A model generated the notes under the pieces. The model was not told where the DNA came from and made no database searches. It worked only from the letters and a program-made list of their open reading frames with translations. From Azolla caroliniana (Eukaryota > Plantae > Polypodiophyta): a DNA stretch of 64,000 nucleotides. The first letter of the stretch is position 1. The number at the start of each line of letters is the position of its first letter. The DNA lies in the NCBI GenBank assembly GCA_043228905.1, contig JBHGNT010000006.1:18600001-18664000 (forward strand). Reading direction: 5' to 3'. This document shows positions 46,133-56,600 of the stretch, in pieces. The translations under genes and the position numbers were made by a program.

Positions 46133-48340
46133 ATGGAAGAAGGCTTCGACTTCGAGGAGATGACGACAAAGATCTTGATGAACGCCGGACGGATGAGGGC
46201 GAGGCGAGAGGCGGCTCAACAAGCGGTCAAAAGGGTGGTCCGTCTAGTCGGCCGGTTCGATGGGAAGGAGGTCCCAAAATTTTTGAGAGCCTACGATGCG
46301 GAAATGACGGGGATGGGCGTGGACGAAGCGACGAGGCTAGAGTTCTTTCGTCGAGCGGCGGCCGCATCAAAGTACGAGGAGGTCAAGGAGCTCCAAGAAG
46401 CTCACGAATCGTGGGAGTCCTTTGAAGGGGCTCTAATGGAGGCATACGGGTGCGCGGAATCGGAGGTAAGAGGTCGGCGAGAGTTCGATCGGTGGGTGGC
46501 GTCGGCGAGGCGCCATCGGAGCGCGATAGAGGCGTTCCGAGAGTTCGAGCGTCGTTTCTCTCAACTCTCGGAGTGGGAACGAAGATCGGTGGGGGCGGAC
46601 AAAGTCCTCCTATTTTTGAAGACGGTCCATCATGAGGAGAGGATGGACATCATGTTCGAGCTTCAAGACGATTATGGGGCGCATGGTCTCACCGAGGAGT
46701 GGCCCGAAGTAGAACGGGTGTGCCGACAACATGATAAGAGGTGGTCGGCCACAACACGACCCGCGAGCGGCGGAGAAGAGAGGGCGGTGGGCGGCTACAC
46801 ACCACCGCCGGAAGAGAGCTCGATGCACGACCAACCGGAGGAGTACGACTTCGAGGCGTTGGTATGGGAGGCGTGCGAGATCGTGACAGCGAAAATCGAG
46901 GCCGGAAGAGTGTACGACGGTGACATGGGAGAGGGTGCGGAGCAAGCGACCCTCTTGCCTTGCGGTGAAGCGACGGCCATGGAGGCCGGTACTTACGGTT
47001 TCGGGACACGGTGGCCCGAAACATCGAGTCGGGAGGAGACGAGCGTCGGTGTCGCGACCTTCCACACACCGGCCCTAGAGGCTTCGGCGGTCGGCCCGAG
47101 TGCCGGCACGAGACCTAGAGCTACGGACGGTGGCGGCGGCAAGGCGGACAACCGAGATGAGGACGAGACCGGCGAAGAAGAGGCGGCGGCAAGCATACTC
47201 GATGCTTGCGAAACCGAAGACGGGGTAGCCACGGACGACGATGTCCGAATGGAGGTGGCTACGGACGAGAGGAGTGGTGGTGTCGCGACCTTCCACACAC
47301 CGGTCCTAGAGACTCCGGCACCCGGCCCGAGAGCCGGCGAGAGGCCTAGAGTGACGGACGGTGGCGGTGGCAAGGAGGGCAACCGAAACGACGACGACAT
47401 GGGAGAGGGTGCGGAGCGAGCAACCCTCTCATCTTGCGGCGAATGGACGGCCAAGGATGAGGCCGGTGACTACAAAGCGGAGAGCGCCACTTCGAAAGTG
47501 GGCGGAAGATTCGGGGCACGGCGGCCCAAAACATCGAGCGGAGAGGAGGCGAGCGGTGGTGCCGCGACCTTCCACACACCGGCCCTAGAGGCTTCGGCGG
47601 TCGGCCCGAGTGCCGGCACGAGACCTAGAACGACGGGCGGTGGTGGCGGCAAGGCGGGCAAACAAAATGACGCGGAGAACGGCGAAGAAGAGGTGGTGGC
47701 AAGCATACTAGAGGCTTACGGAATCGGAGATGGGGGAGCCGCGGACAACGACGTCCGAACGAAAGCGGCTACGGAGACAACAAGCGGCGGTGCCGGGTCC
47801 TTACCCACACCAATCCTAGAGGCTCCAATGGCCGGCCCGAGTGCCGGCATAAGGCTTAGTGCGACGGGAGGTGACGGCGGCAAGGCGGGCAACGGAAACG
47901 AGAAGGAAGATTGGAGCGGACGGAGGCAAGACCCCTTGACACCAGGGCCGGAGACTTCGGCGGTTGTGCTCGAATGCCGACGTGAGACCGGAGAGATGGG
48001 CGGTGACCGTGAGGAGGTGAAGCCCGGAGAGAGCGCATACGAAGACGAGTATGCGGGGCCCGGAATGGGCGTATACGGTGGGTCCGACGGAGAGGACCGG
48101 AGCGGAAACGAGGAGAGAGTCGGGAACCGACCCGACCGGAATACGGCACGGAAGAAGAAGAGAGTAAGGGCCGGCGAACCGGGCCCAAACCGAAGGAAGC
48201 CGGCGAGACCGATTGGCCGGTTACGGTTACGGTTACGGTTACGATGGGAGCCGGTAAGCGCGAGATGGAGGCTAACCGGGCACGACGACCATGGTTCGGG
48301 GGAAAAACGGAAACAAACGAGACCCTCCATACCACTCTAG
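46133..48340 (+). CDS. Gag capsid-like domain fused to a repetitive acidic/Gly-rich tail (735 aa)
   Basis: N-terminal ~200 aa homologous to I gag (VGRFDGKEVPKFLRAYDAEM, DKVLLFL, GLTEEW); repeats of TFHTPALEASAVGPSAG. Confidence 0.8.
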   Translation: MEEGFDFEEMTTKILMNAGRMRARREAAQQAVKRVVRLVGRFDGKEVPKFLRAYDAEMTGMGVDEATRLEFFRRAAAASKYEEVKELQEAHESWESFEGALMEAYGCAESEVRGRREFDRWVASARRHRSAIEAFREFERRFSQLSEWERRSVGADKVLLFLKTVHHEERMDIMFELQDDYGAHGLTEEWPEVERVCRQHDKRWSATTRPASGGEERAVGGYTPPPEESSMHDQPEEYDFEALVWEACEIVTAKIEAGRVYDGDMGEGAEQATLLPCGEATAMEAGTYGFGTRWPETSSREETSVGVATFHTPALEASAVGPSAGTRPRATDGGGGKADNRDEDETGEEEAAASILDACETEDGVATDDDVRMEVATDERSGGVATFHTPVLETPAPGPRAGERPRVTDGGGGKEGNRNDDDMGEGAERATLSSCGEWTAKDEAGDYKAESATSKVGGRFGARRPKTSSGEEASGGAATFHTPALEASAVGPSAGTRPRTTGGGGGKAGKQNDAENGEEEVVASILEAYGIGDGGAADNDVRTKAATETTSGGAGSLPTPILEAPMAGPSAGIRLSATGGDGGKAGNGNEKEDWSGRRQDPLTPGPETSAVVLECRRETGEMGGDREEVKPGESAYEDEYAGPGMGVYGGSDGEDRSGNEERVGNRPDRNTARKKKRVRAGEPGPNRRKPARPIGRLRLRLRLRWEPVSARWRLTGHDDHGSGEKRKQTRPSIPL

Positions 48341-49656
48341 AGACTACGGCGGTTGCGGATCAACATAAGACCGGAGAAACGGCGGGTGGCGGCGAGGAGT
48401 CGGAGGCCGGAGCGTACGAGGTTACCGGAACGGATATCCGGTACGAGATGGTGGACGGGTGGGTCCAAGATGGCGAGCCCGTGTCGGAACGGGCTACGGT
48501 GACAAAGGAGGAGAAGACCGACACGGAGGTCGGGTCTACGGCGGAAGAGCGAGACGAGATGCATGCAATACAGCTGATGGAGGGCCAAGACACAAGCATG
48601 CCTACGAAGGAGCCACATCGAGCGACTGAAGATGACGGTCGGATCACGCCTTCGAGAGGCGAATACGAGGAGGAAGGCGGCGACGACGAGACCTGGCACG
48701 ATGCTAGGGAAGATTGGTGGGAAGAGGTGGCCTACGGAGAGGCTAAGACCGGCGGCCACGAAGATAAGACCCGAGAGGGATCCTCCACACCGGCTATAGA
48801 GACTCCGGCGGTCGGCGCGAGTGCCGACGTGAGACCAAGAGTGGCGGACGGTGGCGGCGAGGGGACGAAGGCCACAACGGATGAAGGCACCGAGAGAGGC
48901 ATACGGGAGGTCGCGGAGAACGAAGATGTATGCGCCCAAAAGAACGAACACGACATCACGAAGGATGTGTGCGGTCGAGCGGGCCAAGAGGGCCAAGAGG
49001 GTGTTCCTCCGAGCGAAACGGAGGTCGGGGAAGAAAGGTACCTTTCCGAAAGGGTACGCGAAGAGGAGCGGAATGCGAAACGTGCAATGCGGCCGCATGA
49101 GGGCCAAGCAACGAGCACGGGAACGATGGTATGCTCTACGGCGAGAGAGCGCGGCAAGCAAAGGGAAGGCGAAAAATGCGTGATGGGGTCATCGAAGGAC
49201 CGAAGCACGAGCACGCATTCGAGGGACAACACCGACGTACGGGGAAAGCCTACGGAAGGCAAGCACGGAGCGAGAAGAGTCGGCACGACGAGGTGCGCGG
49301 CACGAAAAAGGCGGATCCGGAGGATATGCGAGGCGGACAAAGGGTCGGCAACGGCGTTCGGGAGGACCGAACGGGGAGGAAAGCGCGGGCATCGGATATG
49401 GCGGTCCGAGTGTAGTCGATGGTTCGAGGAAACACGGTGGACGTGGCGGATCGGATGGAGCCGACGGTTCGAGACCATTCGGCGGAGATGGTGGGCCGGA
49501 AGGCGACGGTGGTTCGTGTGGACGGGGTGGACTTGCTCGAAGTGGAAGACGAAGCCGGGCAAGCCCACGAGGTTGTCAAGGGCTCGGTTGGCCGCCTTGG
49601 CCGAAAATCTCGCGTTTTGTTCCCCTTTTGGCACATACCGGTGGATGTGCGGTTAG
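48244..49656 (+). CDS. Probable frameshifted continuation of the H ORF (acidic, then Arg/Trp-rich)
   Basis: Carries the same repeat (TPAIETPAVGASA); ends SKWKTK like the J ORF C-terminus. Confidence 0.55.
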   Translation: MGAGKREMEANRARRPWFGGKTETNETLHTTLETTAVADQHKTGETAGGGEESEAGAYEVTGTDIRYEMVDGWVQDGEPVSERATVTKEEKTDTEVGSTAEERDEMHAIQLMEGQDTSMPTKEPHRATEDDGRITPSRGEYEEEGGDDETWHDAREDWWEEVAYGEAKTGGHEDKTREGSSTPAIETPAVGASADVRPRVADGGGEGTKATTDEGTERGIREVAENEDVCAQKNEHDITKDVCGRAGQEGQEGVPPSETEVGEERYLSERVREEERNAKRAMRPHEGQATSTGTMVCSTARERGKQREGEKCVMGSSKDRSTSTHSRDNTDVRGKPTEGKHGARRVGTTRCAARKRRIRRICEADKGSATAFGRTERGGKRGHRIWRSECSRWFEETRWTWRIGWSRRFETIRRRWWAGRRRWFVWTGWTCSKWKTKPGKPTRLSRARLAALAENLAFCSPFGTYRWMCG

Positions 49657-49667
49657 GTGGGGGCGGA

Positions 49668-50358
49668 TGTCGTGAAGATTTTCGTCCATAGGCGGAAAAC
49701 CGAGCGAAGCAAGCAAACCCGCGATGTGCAACGTTGCACATCAACATGTTGTATTTCTATTTATCGATAGTGATAAGTATGGAGCTAGAAATGCACCTTA
49801 GGATTTGTAAAGTGTAAAGGTGATGTGCTTTTGCGCGCACATCCACGTGAGAGAGAGAGATAGGTACGTGGTAGTTCGTGTAGAGGTGGGAGTTAAGACC
49901 CATAATTCCCACCTCCCCTAAAATCAAGGGAAATATCCCCATTGATTGAAAGGGGATATTTTGTAGCACCCTTTTTGAAAACGGTCTTCTCTCCTTGTGC
50001 TATAAAAGGAGAGGAAGAGCACCATTGTGGGGGTTGCCTTATTTTTGAAGTGTGCGTGAGGTATACCATTTCGTTTTAGGGTTTAGGGTTCCTTAGTTAG
50101 GGTTTCTTTTCTTCTTCGTCGGATTAGGGTTTCGGGTTTATCATAGTCGTTTGGTGCGGCCTACGCGGCCGCCATTTTTGTAATCGGTTTTCGGTTCTAA
50201 TATATCTTGTTGAGCATTTGGCCTCCATCCTCCTGTTGTTCATTCTTTCTCTTCTTGTGCTAAGCTCCATTCCAAAGTCCTATTCCTTCTCCCCTTCTCC
50301 TTAGTCCAAGACCCCCGTGGTTCCGCCCTTCTCCACGCATGCGCGTAACAACGCGACA
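49668..50358 (+). repeat. 3' LTR of H
   Basis: Copy of the 5' LTR with a 4-bp indel and a few substitutions. Confidence 0.93.
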
Positions 50359-50659
50359 GCGCTCCTCGTCCTCGTCCTCGTCCCATTCGACACGGGTCGC
50401 TGTTAACATCTGTTGTTTTTGTGTTTTTGGTGGGGGTGATGCCGAGGTGGAAGTAGGGTTCCGAACGGCTGAGGGAGGTGGGGAAGGCGAGGGGTCTTCC
50501 CATTCTTCCTGGGTTAACGCCAAAATCTTCTCTCGTTGTTTCCTTGGTAGTGGTGGAGAGGTCAGGATGCGACGAGGGGAAACCAAAGGAGGTGGGTAGA
50601 GGACTTTGAGGAAGTAATTAATCACAGGCAACAAGCGCTTACCGGTTTGAAAATATTCG

Positions 50660-52743
50660 GAGGGCCGAGTGGTCGACGTGGAATGTGAAATTCCAGCCCA
50701 AAAGATAATGTCGGAGTTTGTTGATGTTGTAGACCATACCGAGGGCCTCGCGTTCAGTGGTTGAGTAGTTCTTTTCCGCGGCCGAGAGTCATCAACTAGA
50801 GTAATACACAGGCCGGTACCAATTTGGTTGTGTGTGTTGCATGAGTGCGTTGTCGATGGCTATATCTAATGCGTCTACGAAGACGTGAAAAAGTTCCCAC
50901 CAGACCGGTGGCTGTACCACAAGGGCATGGGAGAGCATTAACTTAAAGGCTTGGTATGCTTTGTCTTCTGTTGAAGACCACTGAAATGAGAGTCGATGCA
51001 CCGCTGCGTGCAAAGGAGTCGCGAAATCGGCCAGGTGGCATATCATCCAGCTATGCCATCTAATTTGGCCCAAGAATCTACTGAGAGCCTTCGCGGTAGA
51101 GGGCGCAGGGGCATTCAGAATGGCCTACACTTTATCTGGGTCCATGGCGATGCCTTCCTGGCTGACTATATGCCTGAGCAGGTTGCCGCTTGTCACCAAG
51201 AACGCGCATTTTGCCGGATTTAAGCTCAAGCGAGCGTGTCAACATCGTTCGAGACAGAGACGTAGCTAGGTCATATCCTCAAGCCGCTAGCCATACACGG
51301 CAAAGTCGTCGAGGAACACTTGCATGAACGCCGGAATATACTCGTTGAAAATCTCTGAGATGATGCGTTGGAACGTGGCTGATGTGGTTTTTAATCCAAA
51401 CATCATTACGTCGGCCACAAAGACACCCCAATCCACGACAAACGTCATTTTCTCCCGATCGTCCGGGTGCATTCGGATTTGATTATAGCCACTGAACCCA
51501 TCGAGGAAATTGTAGCATTCATGACCAGCCACCGTATCGAGGACACTATCCGTGAATAGAAGAGGAAACCCATCTGTGACGGTCGCGGCATTGAGTTTGC
51601 GGTAATCAACGCAAACGCGGATTTTCCCATTTTTCTTGGGGACGACGACAATTGGCTCTTTTTACAAGGCGTATAAAGCCTACTTGCAGGATTTTGGGGT
51701 TCATCCGGTACCGTCGTTGTTGGATCGGCCGAGTGTCCGGCAGGAGGTGTACTTGATGTTGGTAAAATTAGGGATCCAATCCCTTCATATCAGTGTAAGA
51801 CCATGCGAACACATCTTGATACTCCATGAGCAGGCGTATCAGGGCTGACCGTTCGTCGGCTGGTATGTTATTAGCGATTTGTAGTGTACATAGGTTCTCG
51901 TCGGAGCCGAGGTTCAGTGACTCAAGCATTGATGCTTTGACTCGCTGGGAAATGGCGAGTTCTCATTCGAACGCGTTCTGAGCTTGTCGTAGTTCCGCGA
52001 TAGTTGTGGAATCGGCTTCGTCCTGGGGAAGGGAATCTGCCATGCCATCCTCTTCCAGTGGTGTGCTGAAACCCGAAATGGCGTTTATTTCGAAGAGGGG
52101 TATGATAGTGGGGTGATCTTCCAGGAAGTCATCCACGTCTTCATCGGCTAAGCCGTCGAGCATGTGTACCCCTTCCACATATAAGGGCGTAGTGTTGTGG
52201 GGCGTGTTTAAGCGTTCTTCTGTTAGTACCCGTACCTTGGACTTCCCCGGTGGAAGGAGATCATATTCCGCTTCCAATGTTGTTTAATATTTGTTGTGCG
52301 CAGCTAGGGTCGGCCAAGCAGCATTGGGTAAGTGCCTGGAGCTTCAAGGAGTAACACGACTGCCGAGATAGTGAACATGTGGCCGCCTAACGTGAAATCA
52401 AGGTGGCGGATTAACCCGATGGGGCAAACCGATCGCGTATCGGTCATCCGTAGCCAAAAGGGGCAAGGCTCCCATTGGTTTATGCCGAGGGTGTGACGTG
52501 TGGCCTCACTGATGACATTCACACCAGAGCCACCGTTGATTATGCACCCATGAAGGTCACGTCCTTTAATCGTGATTTTCACGGCTGGATTCTAGGAATC
52601 CATGAGGGTTGGGCCCGTCCCTGGCTCCATTAGGTTAACAAGGGGTGCGACCGATATGTCATTAGCCGTGAGCTTAGCCAAGGTATCCCGAAAGCGCGGC
52701 ATGAGTGGTAACATCTTATGTAATGGCAGCGAGATCCTAGCGC
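50660..52743 (-). pseudogene. E protease-RT-RNase H, heavily decayed
   Basis: IINGGSGVNVI, FLDGFSGYNQI, QVFLDDFAV, HVFVDA, HVDHSAL. Confidence 0.87.
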
Positions 52744-53624
52744 TGTCAGGGTAGTTGTGGTTCGTGCGGCGAAGTCGCAGGGACTAAGGTTAAGGGGAGT
52801 TGAAGGAACTTTTATTAGGCTTGCGCGCAAATGTTAGGAAGATAAAGGATATGAGGAATAATAGTTTAAAGTAATATATGTGAGAGAGAGACTAGTATAG
52901 ATAAAAGATAGAGGCAATGTATGATTCAAGACGCAAGATAGAGACAAAGTATGATTTAAGACAAAAAAGTATATGATATGAACATAATGTATATTATGAA
53001 TACAAGATTTTACCAACTTTACAATGTTTGGTAGCAAGATGAACCCTTTCTCTACCGACCCTTGATTCGAACTCTTGACTCCAACTTGGAAACACGAGCC
53101 TCTTCACCAACAAGCTAACTTGTTTGTTTCTTTGATTATCTTATTTCTCTAACTTTCTCTTGATTCATTGATTCCCTTTTGTTTTCCTTTCCTCTCTTTT
53201 TATAAGTATTTCCATGCATATGGTAATGTCATGCATGAGTTACATCTGATGCATGATCGCCATTTGGCGCACATGCATTGCATGTGATGCATGATAGCCA
53301 TCATGCTCATTTGAGCTCCCATGTATTGGGATAAGTATAATGATGGATATAACCCTAAAACAAATAACTTAGCTTAGTGGTGTATGGTTTGTGCTTGATA
53401 TACAAGGTTGAGGGTTCAAGTCCCTCAATTTTACTTAATACAATATATAGCTTCATTCTTATATCATGAAGCACATTTATTACACACTCTTACAAATAAA
53501 TAGCCTAGCCTAGTGGTATGTACATTGTACATCGTATATAAGGATGTGGGGTCAAGTCTCTAAAATATTATTAAATACAACATTTAAGCTCATTTTTATA
53601 TCGTGAAGCACATTCTTCACGACA
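52744..53624 (-). repeat. 3' LTR of I
   Basis: Near-identical to 59224-60104. Confidence 0.94.
53370..53560 (+). promoter_or_regulatory. Two tandem tRNA-like Pol III A/B-box modules in the I LTR (copies at 59850-60040)
   Basis: TAGCTTAGTGG (53370) with GGTTCAAGTCC (53413) in stem GAGGG/CCCTC, then TTTT; TAGCCTAGTGG (53506) with GG(G/T)TCAAGTCT (53549). Confidence 0.65.
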
Positions 53625-56600
53625 CCCACCCCCTCTGAACTTGCACATTGGTTGTGCAGAGTTCATCCAACACTTCTTCCGATTCTTTTAGTTCTTCTAC
53701 TTCTTCATAAAATTTAGGCTCTAATGACTCCCTCCTTTTAAATATTTTAATCCTTTTTCCTGCAATTAGGATACGAATTTCTGTCCCATCTAATTCATTG
53801 AGGAAATATGTGGCTTTATCTGTTATTTTCCTAACTTCATAAGGTCCAAACCATCTTTTTGAAAACTTCCGAATAGTACTGTATTGATTATCTAGGCTAT
53901 TATCATATACTAATACCCAATCTCCCTCTTGCACCTTTCTTGGTCGTATTCTTTTCATCTTGTCAAATCTGTCCTTATTCTTGATTCTTGCCTCTTTCAA
54001 TCTAGTAGCTGCTTTTTCTATGTCTTCTATCCTTGATTGAAGTTGTCGTATTCGAACCGCAAGTAAATCTTCCCTACTCATTTCCGATTCCCAAGGCAAC
54101 ACAGCCCATGTAGTTATCTTTTCTTCAATTGGCATTATTGGCTTCTGTCCTGTGATTAATTCTGCAGGCATATATCCAGTAACAGTGCTGTGAGTTGTCC
54201 TATCAGCCCATAGTGCATAGGGTAAGGTTTTTGGCCAATCACTGACCCGTCCTCTACATGCCTTTGCCAAAGCTTTGACTATTGGCCCATGTCCCCTTTC
54301 TACCTTTCCATTAGCTTCTGGATTGTACGCCGTTGTCAAAGAAAGCCGAATTCCTATTTTGTCGAAAAAATCTTGAGCTTCCGCATAATTGAGTTCTCCC
54401 CTATCTGCCACTATCTTCCCGATACATCCATATCTACAAACAATGTCCTCCAAGATGAATTGACATACCCCTAATGTCCCTTTTGTTCGCAATGAACGGC
54501 CTTCCACTTGATTTGTTAGATCTTCTCTAGCAAGAACCAAGTATATCTTTTGTCCTACTCCAAGTGGCATTGTTACCAAATCTATCATCCACTTGTAATG
54601 CACCCCCGGTGAGTATGTTGGGTGTAATTCATCACAAAATTTTACGTTTGAATAATATTGACAAGTGGGACAAGTTTCCACATACTTTTTTATTTGCTCA
54701 TAGTATCGAGGCCACCAAAATCGTTCTTTAATCTTACTGAAAGTGGCCCACACTCCTCGATGACCAGCCCATTCTTTGTCATGCAGCTCTCTGATTATCT
54801 CCTTTCTTTGCCCTTCAAAACCTATTACTCTTTGCGGGTTTCCAGTCTTGGTTTTCGGATGTCGCCATAGATATCCTTCATGCAGGAAGAACTTATGGGC
54901 TTTCTTGCGAAACTGTGCGAACTCTTTTCCAGATCGACCTTTGTACTTGTCAGGGGTTTGTAGGTATTTCCCTATTTCCTTGAATTCATCTTCATACTCC
55001 TCTTCTAGAAACTGCATTCCTCCTTCCCGAGTAATGCTTGTGGTAAGGACTGTTTGTTCTTTGTCCTCATCGTCCGAGTCTGGAATCTCCTCTTCCTCAT
55101 ACCTTGCTCTTGATAACATATCTGCTACTGCATTTCTATTCCCAGAGATATGTCGAACTTCAGGGTTGATTGATCTAATATAGATACACCATCTTAACAT
55201 GGCTTGATCTGGAATATCACAATTAGCTATGATACCCAGAATAGGCAAACAATCAGTTTCTATTATTACTTCAGCACCAATTAAGTAATCTCTGTCTGTC
55301 TTTACAGTTGTTACTATCCCCCATAGCTCTCTTTTCACCTGTGCATATTTTCTTTGTCGACCACTAAGAACCTTTGCCCCGAATCGGACTGGATACCTTT
55401 CTTCCCTATCTTGTTGGCTTATCACCCATCCAATTCCAATGGGACTAGAGTCTACTGTGAGATATATGGGCCGGGTGTAGTCTGGTTGCTTTAATGGTGG
55501 AGCTTGTCCCAAGTAGTACTTCAATTTCTTCATTGCCTCTGAATGCTCTTCACTCCATTCAAATGTCTCTCCTTTTCTTAGGAGTCTATATAAAGGTTCA
55601 GATAAATGGGCATAATGCGGAATCCATTTACAGTAAAAAACACATACCCCCAGAAACCTTCGTACTTCTGAGATGGATGTACATTCCTCTTGCATATTTT
55701 GAATTGCATTGACCTTGGTTGGGGATGGCTTTCTCCCATACGGGCCACACATATGACCAACTATTAATATCTCTTTTGCCCCAAATATTGACTTCGCCCC
55801 TGATAAGGTCAAATGCACTTCTTCCATCCTTGATAGCACCTTCTCACAATCCTTGATATGATCAGCAACGAATTGACAGCAACCACTTTCGTCCAATTCC
55901 TCATTCTTCTCTTCCTCCTTGCATCCCTTAATTGGAACATCATCTAGAAAAGGCATTGTAATATGAGGAATAAAATCACGAAGTACCTTGTTCATTCCAT
56001 TCATCATATGCGCCACCGAGTTGGTCGCTCCTTGCGGCAAGGTGCACATCCGTACTAACCCTATAGGTGTCTTGATAGAAGTTATATCTCGACTTTTGAT
56101 AGCAAGTTGAAATTGATCATACCCGGAATAAAGGTCTCCCATTGAATATATAGCTCTTCCTGCAAACATCTCAGCAAACTCATCCACAATTGGCCCTACT
56201 CCCGAGTTTCGGATTGTTACCTTATTCACGGGTTGCATATCTTGGATAAATCGGAGTCGCCCATCTTTCTTTAACACAGTGAACCATCGACTCGAGTAAG
56301 GAGCGTTCGATGGTTCCAAGATACCCATCCTTATCTTTTCTTTCAAAAGTTCTAATAGTTGAGGGATTCTAGCCCTAGGCATGGGTATTGGCTTAAAGTT
56401 CCATGGAATATGAGGGATAGTGAATATAACCATGGGCTCCATAATTTCTGGATCCACACACCCTATTTCCTCCGGTTGGAATGCGAACGCCTTTCCATGC
56501 CTTTTTAACATCTCCCTGAACTGCTTTTCTTCAGCGGGTAATAGGAAGTCACCCCCTCCTATTTTCATCCCTTGTATTGTTTCCGGAGTAAACACATGTC

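Larger units (their letters stand above)
45404..50358 (+). mobile_element. Non-autonomous Gag-only LTR element H (Trp-PBS group)
   Basis: Near-identical LTRs 45404-46090 and 49668-50358, 4-bp TSD GCGC, Trp PBS 46095-46112, PPT AGGTGGGGGCGGA; no PR, RT or INT motifs. Confidence 0.93.

Noticed and set aside
46900-47900. CRISPR-like spaced repeats in H (also the GAAATTTC array at 35560-35790)
   Set aside because: Long, degenerate, in-frame or microsatellite-type repeats; no unique constant-length spacers, no cas genes, eukaryotic TE context.
53360-53432. Genuine tRNA genes in LTRs (also 8818 and 60760)
   Set aside because: A/B boxes and a T-arm are present but I could not build acceptor or anticodon stems, so they are reported only as tRNA-like modules.
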